Shown piece after piece: positions 11,131 through 22,145 of a DNA stretch of 64,000 nucleotides. A model generated the notes under the pieces. The model saw only the letters and a list, made by a program, of their open reading frames with translations. It was not told the origin of the DNA and ran no database searches. Numbering within the stretch: position 1 is the stretch's first letter; every line of letters starts with the position of its first letter. Source of the DNA: an uncultured Acidobacteriota bacterium (GTDB lineage Bacteria; Acidobacteriota; Thermoanaerobaculia; UBA5066; Gp7-AA6); assembly GCA_963707935.1 (NCBI GenBank), contig CAVPRN010000001.1:145554-209553 (forward strand), given 5' to 3'. Made by a program: the position numbers and the translations under genes.

Positions 11131-12330
11131 ATGACGCGCGGCGCCTTTCCCGCGCCGGCCGAGCCGCTTCACTTCGGTCGGCTTTTCGGAGATCGTCAAG
11201 GTCCGTAATCGCGTGCTCGAACTGCTCGCCGCCGGCGAGAAGGTCTGGCGTTTCGAGGGGGGCGAGCCGTACATGCCGACCCCCCCTCCGATCAAGGAGG
11301 CGATGACCGCGGGCGCTCCAGCGCGGGGAGACGCGCTACGCGCCCTCGTCGGGCCTGCCGGAGCTGCGCACGGCGATCGTCGCCAAGGTCGCGCGCCGCA
11401 ACCGAATCCCGGCCGATCGGGAAGGCCCGATCGTCGTCAACGGCGGGATGCACGGCCTCTTCGCCGCTTTCGCGACCCTCGTGAACCCCGGGGACGAAGT
11501 CCTGGTCTTCTCCCCCTACTGGACGCCGATCGTGGACGTCATCGCCTACCACGGCGGCGTGCCCGTGCTCGTCTCGACCGCGACCGCGAGGCAGGAGGGG
11601 TTCTTTCGGACGCTCGAGCGAGCCGTCGACGGCGAAGACGAAGGTCCTCTACTGGAACTCGCCGACGAACCCGACCGGCGAGGTCTTCTCGCGCACCGAG
11701 GTCGAGGAGATGTCCCGCTTCGTCTTCGAGCGCGGGCTGGCGGTCATTTCCGACGAGGCCTACGAGGACTTGATCTACGAGGGCGAGGGCCACGTCTCGC
11801 CCGCCTCGCTTCCGGGCATGGAGGAGCGCACGTTCTCGGTCTTCACGTTCTCGAAGACCTACTCGATGACCGGCTGGCGCGCGGGCTACGTGATCGTGCC
11901 CGAGCGCTACCGCGCCGCCATGCGCACGGTCGTGCTCTACACGATCAACGGCGTCTCGACCCCGACCCAGTGGGCGGCGCTCGAGGCCCTGACGCTGCCC
12001 GGACGAATACCTCGCGCGAGGCGCGCGAGGGGTACCGGCGGCGCCGCGACCGGCTCGTCGCCGGGCTCACCGCGGCCGGTTTCGAGCTCGAGAAGCCCCG
12101 CGCCGCGCTCTATCTCTTCCCGAAGATCCCCTCCTTCCTCGGCGCCGACTCCCGGAAAGCGGCGCGAGCACCTGCTCGACTCGGCGAAGGTCGCGACCGT
12201 GCCCGGGATGGTCTTCGGGCCCGAGGGAGAGGCGCACCTGCGCTTCTCCTTCTCGGTGGCCGAAGAGATGATCGCGGGGGGCGTCGAGGCGCTCGCGACG
12301 TTCTCGGCCAAAGAGCTGCAGGCACGCTAG
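11131..12330 (+). pseudogene. Class I/II PLP aminotransferase (aspartate aminotransferase-like), disrupted by at least 5 frameshifts
   Basis: The coherent protein is spread over three frames: ...EKVWRFEGGEPYMPTPPPIKEAM / ALQRGETRYAPSSGLPELR...NGGMHGLF...VFSPYWTP / KTKVLYWNSPTNPTGEVF...FSKTYSMTGWRAGY / ...REGYRRRRDRLV...ALYLFPKIP / ...VATVPGMVFGPEGEAHLRFSF. Frame switches fall near 11185, 11313, 11633, 12000-12025 and 12165. Confidence 0.8.
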
Positions 12331-12356
12331 ACGCTCGTCCGCGAGGGCCCTCCGTC

Positions 12357-12623
12357 TAGCAGGTTGCTGAAAAACGGTGTGGGATGGCGTTACGAGCGCC
12401 GCGGGGTCAGATCCGAGGAAGCGCGACGACGGCGATGCCATCGCATCGGCGAGGAGCGATGACGACGGAGATGGCCCCGCGCCGCCGTAACCCGTAGGGT
12501 GGACGGCACTTTGCCGGCGCCCGCCAATGAGATTGAGAGAACCTCCAAGAAAGCTTCCTCACGGGCGCCGACTGCAAAGTGCCGGACACGACGCCCGCAT
12601 CCATTTTTCAGCAGCCTGCTAGG
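12357..12623. repeat. 267-bp intergenic element bounded by 21-bp imperfect terminal inverted repeats (MITE-like or structured RNA)
   Basis: TAGCAGGTTGCTGAAAAACGG at 12357-12377 matches the reverse complement of 12601-12623 (CCTAGCAGGCTGCTGAAAAATGG). There is an internal long hairpin: GGCACTTTGCCGGCGCCC at 12505-12522 pairs with GGGCGCCGACTGCAAAGTGCC at 12563-12583. Confidence 0.45.
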
Positions 12624-14553
12624 GTCTCCGGACGTCGACGCGCCCGCCCGCCCAGTCTTCCGCGAAGACGGCGCCCACCGAAGCCGGCGCCTCGCGCGGT
12701 ACCAGCGCGATTGCCGCGCACGGGCGGAAGGTCGAGAACGGCGCGCGGCCGGCAAGCGCGCCCGAACGGTTCCCGACCGCGAGGTGCTCGAGTCGTGGGA
12801 GAGGCCCCGTCTGCGCGAAGGCGACCCACACCAGATATTCCGGATCGTCCGGCCCGATCTCGAGCCCGACGGCGGCGCATCGCGGCTCCATCGCCCGGCC
12901 AGCCGCCGAAAGGAGCGGCCTCTCGAGGCCGGGCCGCGAGACGAAATACTGGTCGAGCCGCGGAACCCGGAGAACGCTCTCGGGGCCGACGAGCGGCCGG
13001 GTGGCGTTCAGAAGCGCCCAGGGCGGGGAGAGGAGCAGCAGGAGCGCCGCGACGCGGCGCGTCCAGGCCGGCGACTCGTCGGCGGCGAGCGCCGCCGCCG
13101 CCGCGGGTGCCGCCAGGAGAAAGAGCGGGAGCTGCAGCCGCGCATTCCACGGCTGCCACTTGAGGACGGCGCAGAAGAGGAAGCCTCCCGCCGCGACGGC
13201 CGCGAGATACCGAGCCGCGTCGGGATGCCGCCGCCGCCCGGCCGCCGCGGCGACGAGGGCCGCGGCGAGGATCAGAAAGTGGAGCGGGTTGCCCGCGTGG
13301 TCCTCGTGCAGCATGAGGTAGACCGTCTCCTCCTCGTCCGGACGCTCGCTGCCACGCAGGGCCGGCGGCACGTGGAACTCGGCGCCTTTCCAGGTCGTGC
13401 GAGGATCGTTCGGGTCGATCCCGAGCGCCGAAAGCAGGCCGCCGACGGCCCGCTCGACCGCCCGGTTCCAGCCGGAGGACGGCGCCGCGAAGTGGAGGGC
13501 CGCGTTCCGGAGAACTCCGGAGGCGATCGCCCCCGGCGAGCGCGTCTCGCTGACGGCGCCGTAGCCCTCTCCGAACGGCGATCCGAAGAGCGAGACGTTG
13601 CGAGAGAAGTATCCGACGTTGACGGCGAGTACCACGGCGGCGATCGCGAGCAGCGGCGCCGCGGCGCGGGCCCGGGATCGCCGGAAGAGCGAGACCGCGA
13701 GCCAGACGGCGAAGGGAAAGCAGAAGAGAGAGGCGGTCGCCTTGGTCAGGAGGGCGAGTCCGAGGCTGGCTCCGGTCAGGAAGACGTCGAGCGCCCGGAT
13801 CGGAGCCGCCCGCAGGCGGAGCGCGAAAGCGACGAAGGTCAGCGACCAGAAGGACACGACGAGATCGTTCTGAGTGCTCGAGCCCTGCAGGATCGCCATG
13901 GGAAGCGTCGCGGCGAAGATCGCCGCCGCGAGTCTTCCGACGCGGCCCGCCCCGAGCCGGCCCGCGACGGCCGACGCCGCAACGAAGCAGCCGAGCCAGG
14001 CCGCAAACTGGAGAAGGGCGAGCGGCCGATCGGAGCCGGCGAGGAGACGCAGATGGGTGAGCAGGAGCTCGGCGCCCGGCGGGAGAGTCAGCTGGCGGAG
14101 CACCGGCGTCGGATACGGCTCGAGCCCGCGGTCCTGGATCCAGTGCATCACTCGGGGCAGGTGATAGGTCAGCGAGTCCCAGTTGTTGGGCGCCGCCGCG
14201 ACGGCGACGATCCCGACCGCCGCCGCGAGCGCGGCGAGCCCGATCCAAAGCGCGCGGTCCCCCGGGTCCCGCGCCGGAGTCTCCGGCGCGCGCCTCGGAT
14301 TCGCGGGCGCCCGCCGAAGCGCGAGCGCACCCGCGGCCGCCGCGAGGACGGCCCAGAAGCCCGCCGCTGCGGCGGGGGTCAGCGCGTAGAGGAGGCCGAG
14401 GATCTCGGCGCCCGCCACCCCGGCGAGCCCCAGGAGTGTCGCGGCCGCGAGCACCGACTCCCGGCCGTCGAGTCCCCCCTCCCGCGCCGCTTCCCGGCGC
14501 CGGAGAGCCGCCGCGAGCAGGACCGCGGCGGCGAGCGGAAGAAGGCCCGGCAT
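12619..14553 (-). CDS. Polytopic GT-C-fold membrane glycosyltransferase (family 39 / ArnT-PMT-like)
   Basis: 644 aa, many TM helices, and an early periplasmic-loop motif NNWDSLTYHLPRVMHWIQ. The sequence is coherent over its full length, so the gene is intact. Confidence 0.6.
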   Translation of the reverse strand: MPGLLPLAAAVLLAAALRRREAAREGGLDGRESVLAAATLLGLAGVAGAEILGLLYALTPAAAAGFWAVLAAAAGALALRRAPANPRRAPETPARDPGDRALWIGLAALAAAVGIVAVAAAPNNWDSLTYHLPRVMHWIQDRGLEPYPTPVLRQLTLPPGAELLLTHLRLLAGSDRPLALLQFAAWLGCFVAASAVAGRLGAGRVGRLAAAIFAATLPMAILQGSSTQNDLVVSFWSLTFVAFALRLRAAPIRALDVFLTGASLGLALLTKATASLFCFPFAVWLAVSLFRRSRARAAAPLLAIAAVVLAVNVGYFSRNVSLFGSPFGEGYGAVSETRSPGAIASGVLRNAALHFAAPSSGWNRAVERAVGGLLSALGIDPNDPRTTWKGAEFHVPPALRGSERPDEEETVYLMLHEDHAGNPLHFLILAAALVAAAAGRRRHPDAARYLAAVAAGGFLFCAVLKWQPWNARLQLPLFLLAAPAAAAALAADESPAWTRRVAALLLLLSPPWALLNATRPLVGPESVLRVPRLDQYFVSRPGLERPLLSAAGRAMEPRCAAVGLEIGPDDPEYLVWVAFAQTGPLPRLEHLAVGNRSGALAGRAPFSTFRPCAAIALVPREAPASVGAVFAEDWAGGRVDVRRP

Positions 14554-14573
14554 CGCGCTCGTGACGGTCCGCC

Positions 14574-15731
14574 CTAGGGGCGCAGCTTCTCCAGCCGCCG
14601 CACCGCCTCCCGGAGCGTCGCCTCCCGCTTGCAGAAGGCGAAGCGGACGTAGCCGCGGGCCTGTTCCTTGTGGTCGTAGAAGGAGGAGGGCGGAATCGCG
14701 GCGACGCCGATCTCCTCGACGAGGTGGCGGCAGAAAGCGACGTCGTCCTCGAAGCCGAAGGCGGTGAAGTCGGCGCAGACGAAATACGTTCCGGCCGGCG
14801 CCCGCACGCCGAACCCGAGGCGGGCGAGCTCGCCGCAGAGCAGGTCGCGCCGGTCGCGGTACTCCGCGGCGAGCGCGCGATAGTACTCGGGGCCGGCCGA
14901 GAGCGCCGCGGCGGCGCCGTGCTGCAGCGGCGTCGCGGTCGCGAAGGTGATGAACTGGTGGGCGGCTCGCACCGCGGCCGTGAGCTCGGGCGGCGCGGCC
15001 GCCCAGCCGATCTTCCAGCCCGTCAGGGAAAAGGTCTTCCCGAAGGAGGAGATCGTGATCGTGCGCTCGCGCATCCCCGGCAGCGTCGCCATCGGAACGT
15101 GCGCTCCGTCGTAGACGAGGTGCTCGTAGACCTCGTCGGTGATGCAGAGCAGGTCCCGCTCGCGGCAGAGCGCGGCGAGAAACTCGAGCTCGTCCGGCGA
15201 GAAGACCTTGCCGGTCGGGTTGTGCGGCGTGTTGACGAGGATCGCGCGCGTCGCGGGCGTCACGGCGCGTGCACCTCGTCGCGGTCGAAGCTCCAGTCCG
15301 GAGCGCGGAGCGTCACGACGCGCGCCCCGGCTCCCGCCATCGCGACGCTCGGCTTGTAGGAGTCGTAGTACGGCTCGAAGAGGACCACCTCGTCCCCCGC
15401 CCCGCACGTCCCCTGGATCGGCGGCGAAGATCGCTTCGGTCGCGCCGGAGGTCACGGTCAGCTCGGTGTCCGGCGCGTAGTCGAGGCCGTAGTCCCTCCG
15501 ATACTTCGCCGACAGCGCCGCGTGGACCTCCGGAATCCCGCTCATGCGCGCGTACTGGCCGCGGCCCGCGCGCACCGCGTCGATCGCCGCCTCCTTCACG
15601 AACTCCGGCCCGTCGAAGTCGGGGAAGCCCTGCGCCAGGTTGACCGCGCCCCGTTCCTGCGCCAGGCGCGTCATCTCCGTGAAGATCGTCGTGCCGAAGC
15701 CCTCGAGCTTGCGGGCGAGCGCCGGGCGCAC
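14574..15731 (-). pseudogene. YbdL/kynurenine-type PLP aminotransferase with a compensated frameshift pair (ORF stays open but about 50 codons are scrambled)
   Basis: GTG start at 15731 (RPALARKLEGFGTTIFTEMTRLAQ...NLAQGFPDFDGP). Between about 15420 and 15265 the track frame reads an Arg/Gly-rich nonsense stretch. The +1 frame there reads IQGTCGAGDEVVLFEPYYDSYKPSVAMAGAGARVVTLRAPDWSFDRDEV. The rest is coherent (NTPHNPTGKVF, SSFGKTFSLTGWKIGW). Confidence 0.7.
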
Positions 15732-15788
15732 GGTCGGGATGATAACCGGGCGACCCGCTGATATCCTGCGGCGCCGACGGAGACACGA

Positions 15789-16741
<953 letters not shown>

Positions 16742-16920
16742 CGGACGGCCGGCCGCGGCAAGCCCGGGAAGACGACGACCCGCGCCGGACCCCTTTCCTC
16801 TCGATCCTCGCCTACGTCTTCTCCTTCGTCCTGGTCCTCGCGCTTCTCGCCTATCTCCTCGCCGCGCTCGCTGCGGCGCTGAAACACCGCGCCGCGCGTC
16901 CCGTACGATACGAGCGAAGC

Positions 16921-18197
16921 ATGCGCTCGAGCTGGTGGGATCGCGTCAACCCGTGGCGGGGGCTCGCCGGCCTGCCGCGCGAGCTGTGGGTGCTCTTCGT
17001 CGCGACGCTCGTCAACAAGGCGGGCTCGATGGTCCTCCCCTTCTTCGTCCTCTACCTGACGCGGGAGGCCGGCCTTTCGGTGCAGACGGCGAGCCTCATG
17101 GTGCTGCTCTACGGGGCGGGCGCCCTGGTCGCGGCTCCGGTGGCGGGGCGGCTCTCCGACCGCCTCGGGCCGATCCGGATCATGCGGGGATCGCTTCTCT
17201 CTTCGGGCGTCGTCATGCTCGCTTTTCCCTTCGATGCGGGGCGTGCCGGCGATCGTCGCGATGACCCTCGCTCTGTCGGTGACCTCGGAGTCCTTTCGCC
17301 CCGCGAACATGACGATCATGGGCGACCTCGTTCGCCCGGAGCGGCGCAAGACGGCGTTCGCGCTGAACCGGCTCGCGATCAACCTCGGCATGAGCATCGG
17401 GCCCGCGCTCGGCGGCTTCCTCGCCACGGTCTCCTTCCGCTGGCTCTTCCTCGTGGACGGCGGCACGGCGCTCGCCGCGGGCGCGATCCTCGCGGCCTCG
17501 CGTTTCCCGCCGCATCGCCACCGCCCGGCGAGCGCCAGATCGAGGAGGCCGTCTCCCCGCACCTGCGCCTGCCGCCGGCGCCCACCGGGATCCGCGGCTT
17601 CTCTACTTCCTCGCCGCGATGTTCCCGGTCGCCTTCGTCTTCTTCCAGCACATCTCGTCGATGCCGCTCTACATGGTGCAGGACCTGAAGCTCTCCGCGG
17701 CCGCCTACGGGCTCCTCTTCACGCGTGAACACGCTCCTGATCGTCTTCCTGGAGGTCGGGATCAACACGGCGACGGCGCACTGGCCGCACCGCCGCACGC
17801 TCGCCGCTCGGCTCGATCCTCTGCGGACTCGGGTTCGGGGCGCTCGCGCTGGGCGCAGCGACATCTGGCAGGTCGGCGGCGACCGTCGTCGTCTGGACGT
17901 TCGGGGAGATGTTCCTCTTCCCCGGGATGGCGGACTACCTGACCGACATCGCGCCCGCGGCGCGCCGCGGCGAGTACATGGGGCTTTCGCAGATGATGAT
18001 GGGACTCGCGTTCATGCTCGGGCCCTGGGCGGGCCTCCAGGTCCTGGCGCTCTACGGCGGCCGCGCCCTCTGGATCTCGATGCTGGTCGCTCGGGATCGG
18101 CGCGGCGGCGATGATGGCGCGCCTCAAGGGCTCGGGCCACGCGGCCCGCACGACGGCCCTGCCACTCCCGACGACCGCGCCTTCGACGGAGCCGTGA
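16921..18197 (+). pseudogene. MFS transporter, disrupted by at least 6 frameshifts
   Basis: Hydrophobic 12-TM-type segments are scattered over all three + frames, for example [86 protein letters not shown] and FLFPGMADYLTDIAPAARRGEYMGLSQMMMGLAFMLGPW. Confidence 0.75.
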
Positions 18198-18648
18198 GCC
18201 GCCGCCGGCGCGACACCGTCAACCGACCGAGGAATTCCTCCAGTCGGCGCCGTAGCAGCTCTGCGAGGAGCTCGGCGCTCTTCGCCGGAGGGAGGTCCTT
18301 CATCCGACGCTCGCCGTCCCGAATCAGGCGGACCTCCCGAATGCGGCTCGTCACGACCCGGTTGCCGAACTCGAGGCGCAGCCCGCACGCGGCGACGATG
18401 TCGCACTTGATGACGCTGCCGCCCCAGGTGCACCCGGCGATCGAGATCCGGGCCGGCGAGAGCCCCTGGAGGTCGAACCATCCGCCGGAGATCGAGTAGG
18501 TCGCGTCCCCGTGGACGCGGATCGTATAGACCGAGTTCTCCGTCGAGACGACCAGGCGGTCTCCGATGCGCAGCTCGTTCTTGCGGACGGTGTCGATCCG
18601 GCCGACCTGGTCGAGAAGCAGATTGACGGTCCGCGCGATCGCGAGCAA
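18124..18648 (-). CDS. Hypothetical protein (3-prime end uncertain; overlaps the MFS tail)
   Basis: 174-aa ORF with non-degenerate composition (MLAIARTVNLLLDQVGRIDTVRKNELRIGDRLVVSTENSVYTIRVHGD...). I do not recognise a family. Confidence 0.4.
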   Translation of the reverse strand: MLAIARTVNLLLDQVGRIDTVRKNELRIGDRLVVSTENSVYTIRVHGDATYSISGGWFDLQGLSPARISIAGCTWGGSVIKCDIVAACGLRLEFGNRVVTSRIREVRLIRDGERRMKDLPPAKSAELLAELLRRRLEEFLGRLTVSRRRRLTAPSKARSSGVAGPSCGPRGPSP

Positions 18649-18683
18649 CGTTCGGTTCTCCGACTCCCGGCGTCAATTTTCCC

Positions 18684-19769
18684 CTACTTCGCCTCCGCCG
18701 GCGAGCCGGAGGCCACGACCCCGATGTTGGCAATCGTCTCGCCTTTCTTCATGGACGGCACGGCGCAGACGTACAGGACGACGCCGGCCGCCGGCGACCG
18801 GGCCTCGAACACCGTTCGTCCCAGGTAGTCCGTCACGTACCCCAACTTCATGCCTTCGGCACACGTAAGTGCCTCGGGCACACCAGCGGATAGAAGATCG
18901 CCGGTCTGCTCCGCTCGCGACGGTCCGGACCGCCTCGATCCAGACCGGGCGCTCGACCGGCGGCCGGCGCTCCCGGACAGCATGCTGCAGCTACCGCATG
19001 ACGCGAGAACGTCCCGTCGACGAGCGCCGCGACGTCCTCCGGCTCGACCGTTCCGGCGTGCCCGGCCTCGACCGTGACGGAGGGTTTGCCGCGCGTCGCG
19101 GCGGTGCTGTCGAGATAGCGCGAGGCGGCCGGATCCTTCGGCCGATCCGCCGCGATGATGATCATCGGGAGCCCGAACGCGAGGACCATCTCGTCGCGAG
19201 ATCGCGTCCTGCTTCTCGTTGCCCGTCTTCAACCAGTAGCTGTAGGGCACGAGGCTCTCGTCGAGGTCGCCGCCGTGATAGTCGATCAGGTAGTCGCAGC
19301 GCTCGACGACCTGCCGCGTGATGGCGTACAGCGCGCGCTCGGTCTGCGTGCCGTCCGCTTTCCCCGGATAGAAGCGGTTCATGCTCTTGCCGTCCACCGG
19401 GTTGACGTGCGGCACCTTCTGCTCGAAGGACGGGACGTTGACGAGCGGGACGAGGATCACGGTGCCCCGAGATCTCGGCCGGGTCGAGTCTGCTCGATCA
19501 GCTTCTCCAGCGCGATGATCGAGGCGTACTCGGTCCCGTGCGCGCCGGCGACGAGCGCCAGCACCGGGCCGGGCCGCGCGCCGTGCGACGACCGCGACCG
19601 GAATGTCGAGCGCGGCATCCACGCCGGCCGGCACGGAGAGGACTCCCGTTCCCTTCTGTCCGCGGGCCGCGGCGGCCGTCCCCACCACGAAGGGCGCGTC
19701 CGCCGGCTCCGCGAGAGCCGGCGCGAAACCCGCCAGGAGCGCGGCGACCATGATCAGGAATCTCGGCAT
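18684..19769 (-). pseudogene. Succinylglutamate desuccinylase/aspartoacylase (M14-like) family protein with signal peptide, disrupted by at least 5 frameshifts
   Basis: Coherent blocks (GTVILVPLVNVPSFEQKVPHVNPVDGKSMNRFYPGK..., MVLAFGLPMIIIAADRPKDPAASRYLDSTAATRGKPSVTVEAGHAG, GMKLGYVTDYLGRTVFEARSPAAGVVLYV) lie in different frames, separated by Arg-rich out-of-frame stretches. Confidence 0.7.
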
Positions 19770-19796
19770 GACGTTCCTCCTTCCGATGCCTTCGCC

Positions 19797-21320
19797 TTAC
19801 CTCGGTTCGTCCCGGTCCGCCTCGCGCCCCTTCGGGCCCGCCGGCGCCGCCATCCAACGCTCGAGGACCGAGCGGACATCGACGCCGGCCTCGGTCGATA
19901 GGAGCGCCGGAAGCTCCGCAAGGCGAAACGCCCGCTTCTCCCGGGCGCTCCAGGCGATCAATCCGCGCAGCGCGTCCCGCAGGCTCTTGCGTCCCCCGGT
20001 CTTCGCGAGAATCAGATCGTCCATCTCGGCCGCCATGAGGCCGCCGCGCGAGAAGCTGTTCGAGCCGGTGCGAAAGTCGCTCGCGTATCGGGTCGACGCC
20101 ACGCGCGAAAGCTCGACGGTCGAGAGGCGCCTCAGGAACTCCGGCGCTTCGGCCAGCGTCGAGCGAAAGCGCCGCTCGAGCATCCGATCCCGCCAGGCGG
20201 CTGCGTCCGGGCGCCCCGCCGCGAGCGCCGCGATCGCGGCGTACTGGGCGAAGCCCTCCGAGAACCAGATCGTATCGATCACGGGGGCGACCTCCCAGGA
20301 GAACGGGTAGTAGCCCTCGCCGTAGCAGCGCTTCGGGATCCAGGCGTGCGCCATGTGATGCGCCAGGTTGTAGCGCTCCCGCGCGAGATCCTCCTCCGGA
20401 GAGTCGGAGCGCAGGGCCCGCTCGACGCCGAAGAAGAGGGTCGAGCTTTCCAGGTGCTCCATGCTGAATCCGTACCGGTGGCTCTCGTCGATCGGTCGGA
20501 GGAGCTCCTCGAGAACGGAGTAGCGGGCGAAAGGGACCGACCCGAAGTAGTCGGCCACGGCTTCCAGGGCCTCGCGTGCGACGCGGCCGGCCGGCGCCGG
20601 GTCGGAGGGCCCTTCCGCGTAGATCGCGAGATAGAGCGGGACGCGCGCTTCGAGCCGCGCGACCGAGAGCCCCGGGCCCATGGCGATCTGCGAGTCGGCG
20701 AGGGCGTAGAAGTCCGGGGCGGCCGCTTCGAGCCCGCCCTTCGGCGGCGGAGCCGACGGGGCGAGGGTCGAGAAGACGGCCCACTCCTCCGGCGCGCGCA
20801 CCGTCAACTTCGCCGGCCGGCCCTCCTCGCCCTCGAGGTAACCGAGCACGGAGTAGCCGAGGATCCCGACGTAGTCGGGGCGGGACTTGGAGGAGTCCGA
20901 GGCGGCGGCGAGCTCCTTCTCCATCCGCGCGAGATCGACTTCCCACGCGATCCTCCGGACCGGCGTCACGCCCTCGATCCGCCAGCGCGGCCCCTCCGGC
21001 TCCTTCCGCACGGAAAGCGCGGCGCCGCCCTCGCCGGCCGCCTCGACGCCGGAGACGAAACGGTCGTACGGAGCTTCCCCGTAGCCCATCGGGATCGCGC
21101 GAGGGACGACGAGGATGCGCGACCGCGAGCCGGCCGGGACGAGCATCTCGACGCGCACCCGCGCTTGCGAGGTGCCGGGACAGGTCAGGCGGTACTCGAC
21201 CGCGAGGCTCTCCGCGCGCGCCTGCGGGAGGAGCACGCCGATCGCAGCCGCGCAGGCCAGAGCCGCGCGGAGCAGACGACGGCGCCGGTCCCGGTCGAAG
21301 TCTTTCAAGGCCAGTGGCAC
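19797..21320 (-). CDS. M61 (glycyl aminopeptidase)-like peptidase-fold protein with a variant HHMAH site
   Basis: GTG at 21320 (or TTG at 21308) followed by a signal-like RRRRLLRAALACAAAIGVLL. The M61-type pair is NLAHHMAHAW (codons 20346-20360) plus WFSEGFAQY. The part of the 757-aa track ORF upstream of this start is spurious. Confidence 0.65.
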   Translation of the reverse strand: MPLALKDFDRDRRRRLLRAALACAAAIGVLLPQARAESLAVEYRLTCPGTSQARVRVEMLVPAGSRSRILVVPRAIPMGYGEAPYDRFVSGVEAAGEGGAALSVRKEPEGPRWRIEGVTPVRRIAWEVDLARMEKELAAASDSSKSRPDYVGILGYSVLGYLEGEEGRPAKLTVRAPEEWAVFSTLAPSAPPPKGGLEAAAPDFYALADSQIAMGPGLSVARLEARVPLYLAIYAEGPSDPAPAGRVAREALEAVADYFGSVPFARYSVLEELLRPIDESHRYGFSMEHLESSTLFFGVERALRSDSPEEDLARERYNLAHHMAHAWIPKRCYGEGYYPFSWEVAPVIDTIWFSEGFAQYAAIAALAAGRPDAAAWRDRMLERRFRSTLAEAPEFLRRLSTVELSRVASTRYASDFRTGSNSFSRGGLMAAEMDDLILAKTGGRKSLRDALRGLIAWSAREKRAFRLAELPALLSTEAGVDVRSVLERWMAAPAGPKGREADRDEPR

Positions 21321-21341
21321 AATCCTATCGGGAGACGGGAG

Positions 21342-22133
21342 ATGCCCGAGGCGATCTGCGAGGGACGGAAGGTCCGCTACGACGTCGCGGGGAGCGGGGA
21401 GCCGGCCCTGCTTCTGCTGCACGGCTGGTGCGACAACCGCACGCAGTACCACCGTCTCTTGCCGCTCCTCGCCCAGAAGCGCCGGGTCCTCGCGGTCGAC
21501 CTGCCGGGCCACGGCGGCTCGGAATCCCCTCCGGGGGACTTCGGATACCGGGAGCTCGTGGCCGGCGCGGTCGCCGTCGTCGAAGAGAGCGGCGCGCCGC
21601 GAGTGGTGCCGGTCGCGATGGCGCACGCCGGATGGGTGGCCCTCGGGCTGCGCCGCCGGCTCGGCCCGGAGCGGATCGTGAAGCTCGTGTTTCTCGACTG
21701 GCTCGTGATCGAGCCGGCCCGCCCGTTTCTCGAAGCGCTCCAGAGTCTCCAGGACGCCGATCGCTGGAAGTCGACGCGCGCGAAGCTCTTCGCGGACTGG
21801 CTCGAAGACGCCGAGCCCTTCATCTCGCAGCACGTGAACCGCACGATGGGGGACTTCTCGTTCGGGATGTGGGCGCGGGCCGGCCGGGAAGTCGCGGCCG
21901 CGTACGCTCGCGAAGGAAGCCCGCTCGACGCGCTTTCCGCACTCGACCCTCCCACGCCGGCGCTTCACCTCTACGCCCTGCCGAAGGAGGAGGAGTTCCA
22001 GGCGGCGCAGGAACGCTTCTCGAAGAAGCACCCCTGGTTCGCCTCGAAACGGCTCGATGGGAAGACGCACTTCCCGCCGCTCGAGACGCCCGAGGCAGTG
22101 GCGGCGGCGATCGAGGACTTCGTCTCGGCCTGA
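21342..22133 (+). CDS. Alpha/beta-hydrolase-fold protein of the HOD/QDO cofactor-independent dioxygenase family
   Basis: ATG at 21342. ALLLLHGWCDN, DLPGHGGS..PGDFGY, PVAMAHAGWV, FLDWLV, HPWFASKRLDGKTHFPPLE resemble, block by block, the HOD/QDO sequences as I recall them. The nucleophile-elbow Ser is Ala here. Confidence 0.65.
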   Translation: MPEAICEGRKVRYDVAGSGEPALLLLHGWCDNRTQYHRLLPLLAQKRRVLAVDLPGHGGSESPPGDFGYRELVAGAVAVVEESGAPRVVPVAMAHAGWVALGLRRRLGPERIVKLVFLDWLVIEPARPFLEALQSLQDADRWKSTRAKLFADWLEDAEPFISQHVNRTMGDFSFGMWARAGREVAAAYAREGSPLDALSALDPPTPALHLYALPKEEEFQAAQERFSKKHPWFASKRLDGKTHFPPLETPEAVAAAIEDFVSA

Positions 22134-22145
22134 TCGGGCGGCTGG

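Noticed and set aside
12499-14577. Long + strand ORFs (692 aa and others) and a 546-aa minus-strand ORF overlapping the GT-C gene
   Set aside because: They are Arg/Glu/Gly-rich alternative frames of the same DNA. Only the 644-aa polytopic membrane protein frame is coherent.
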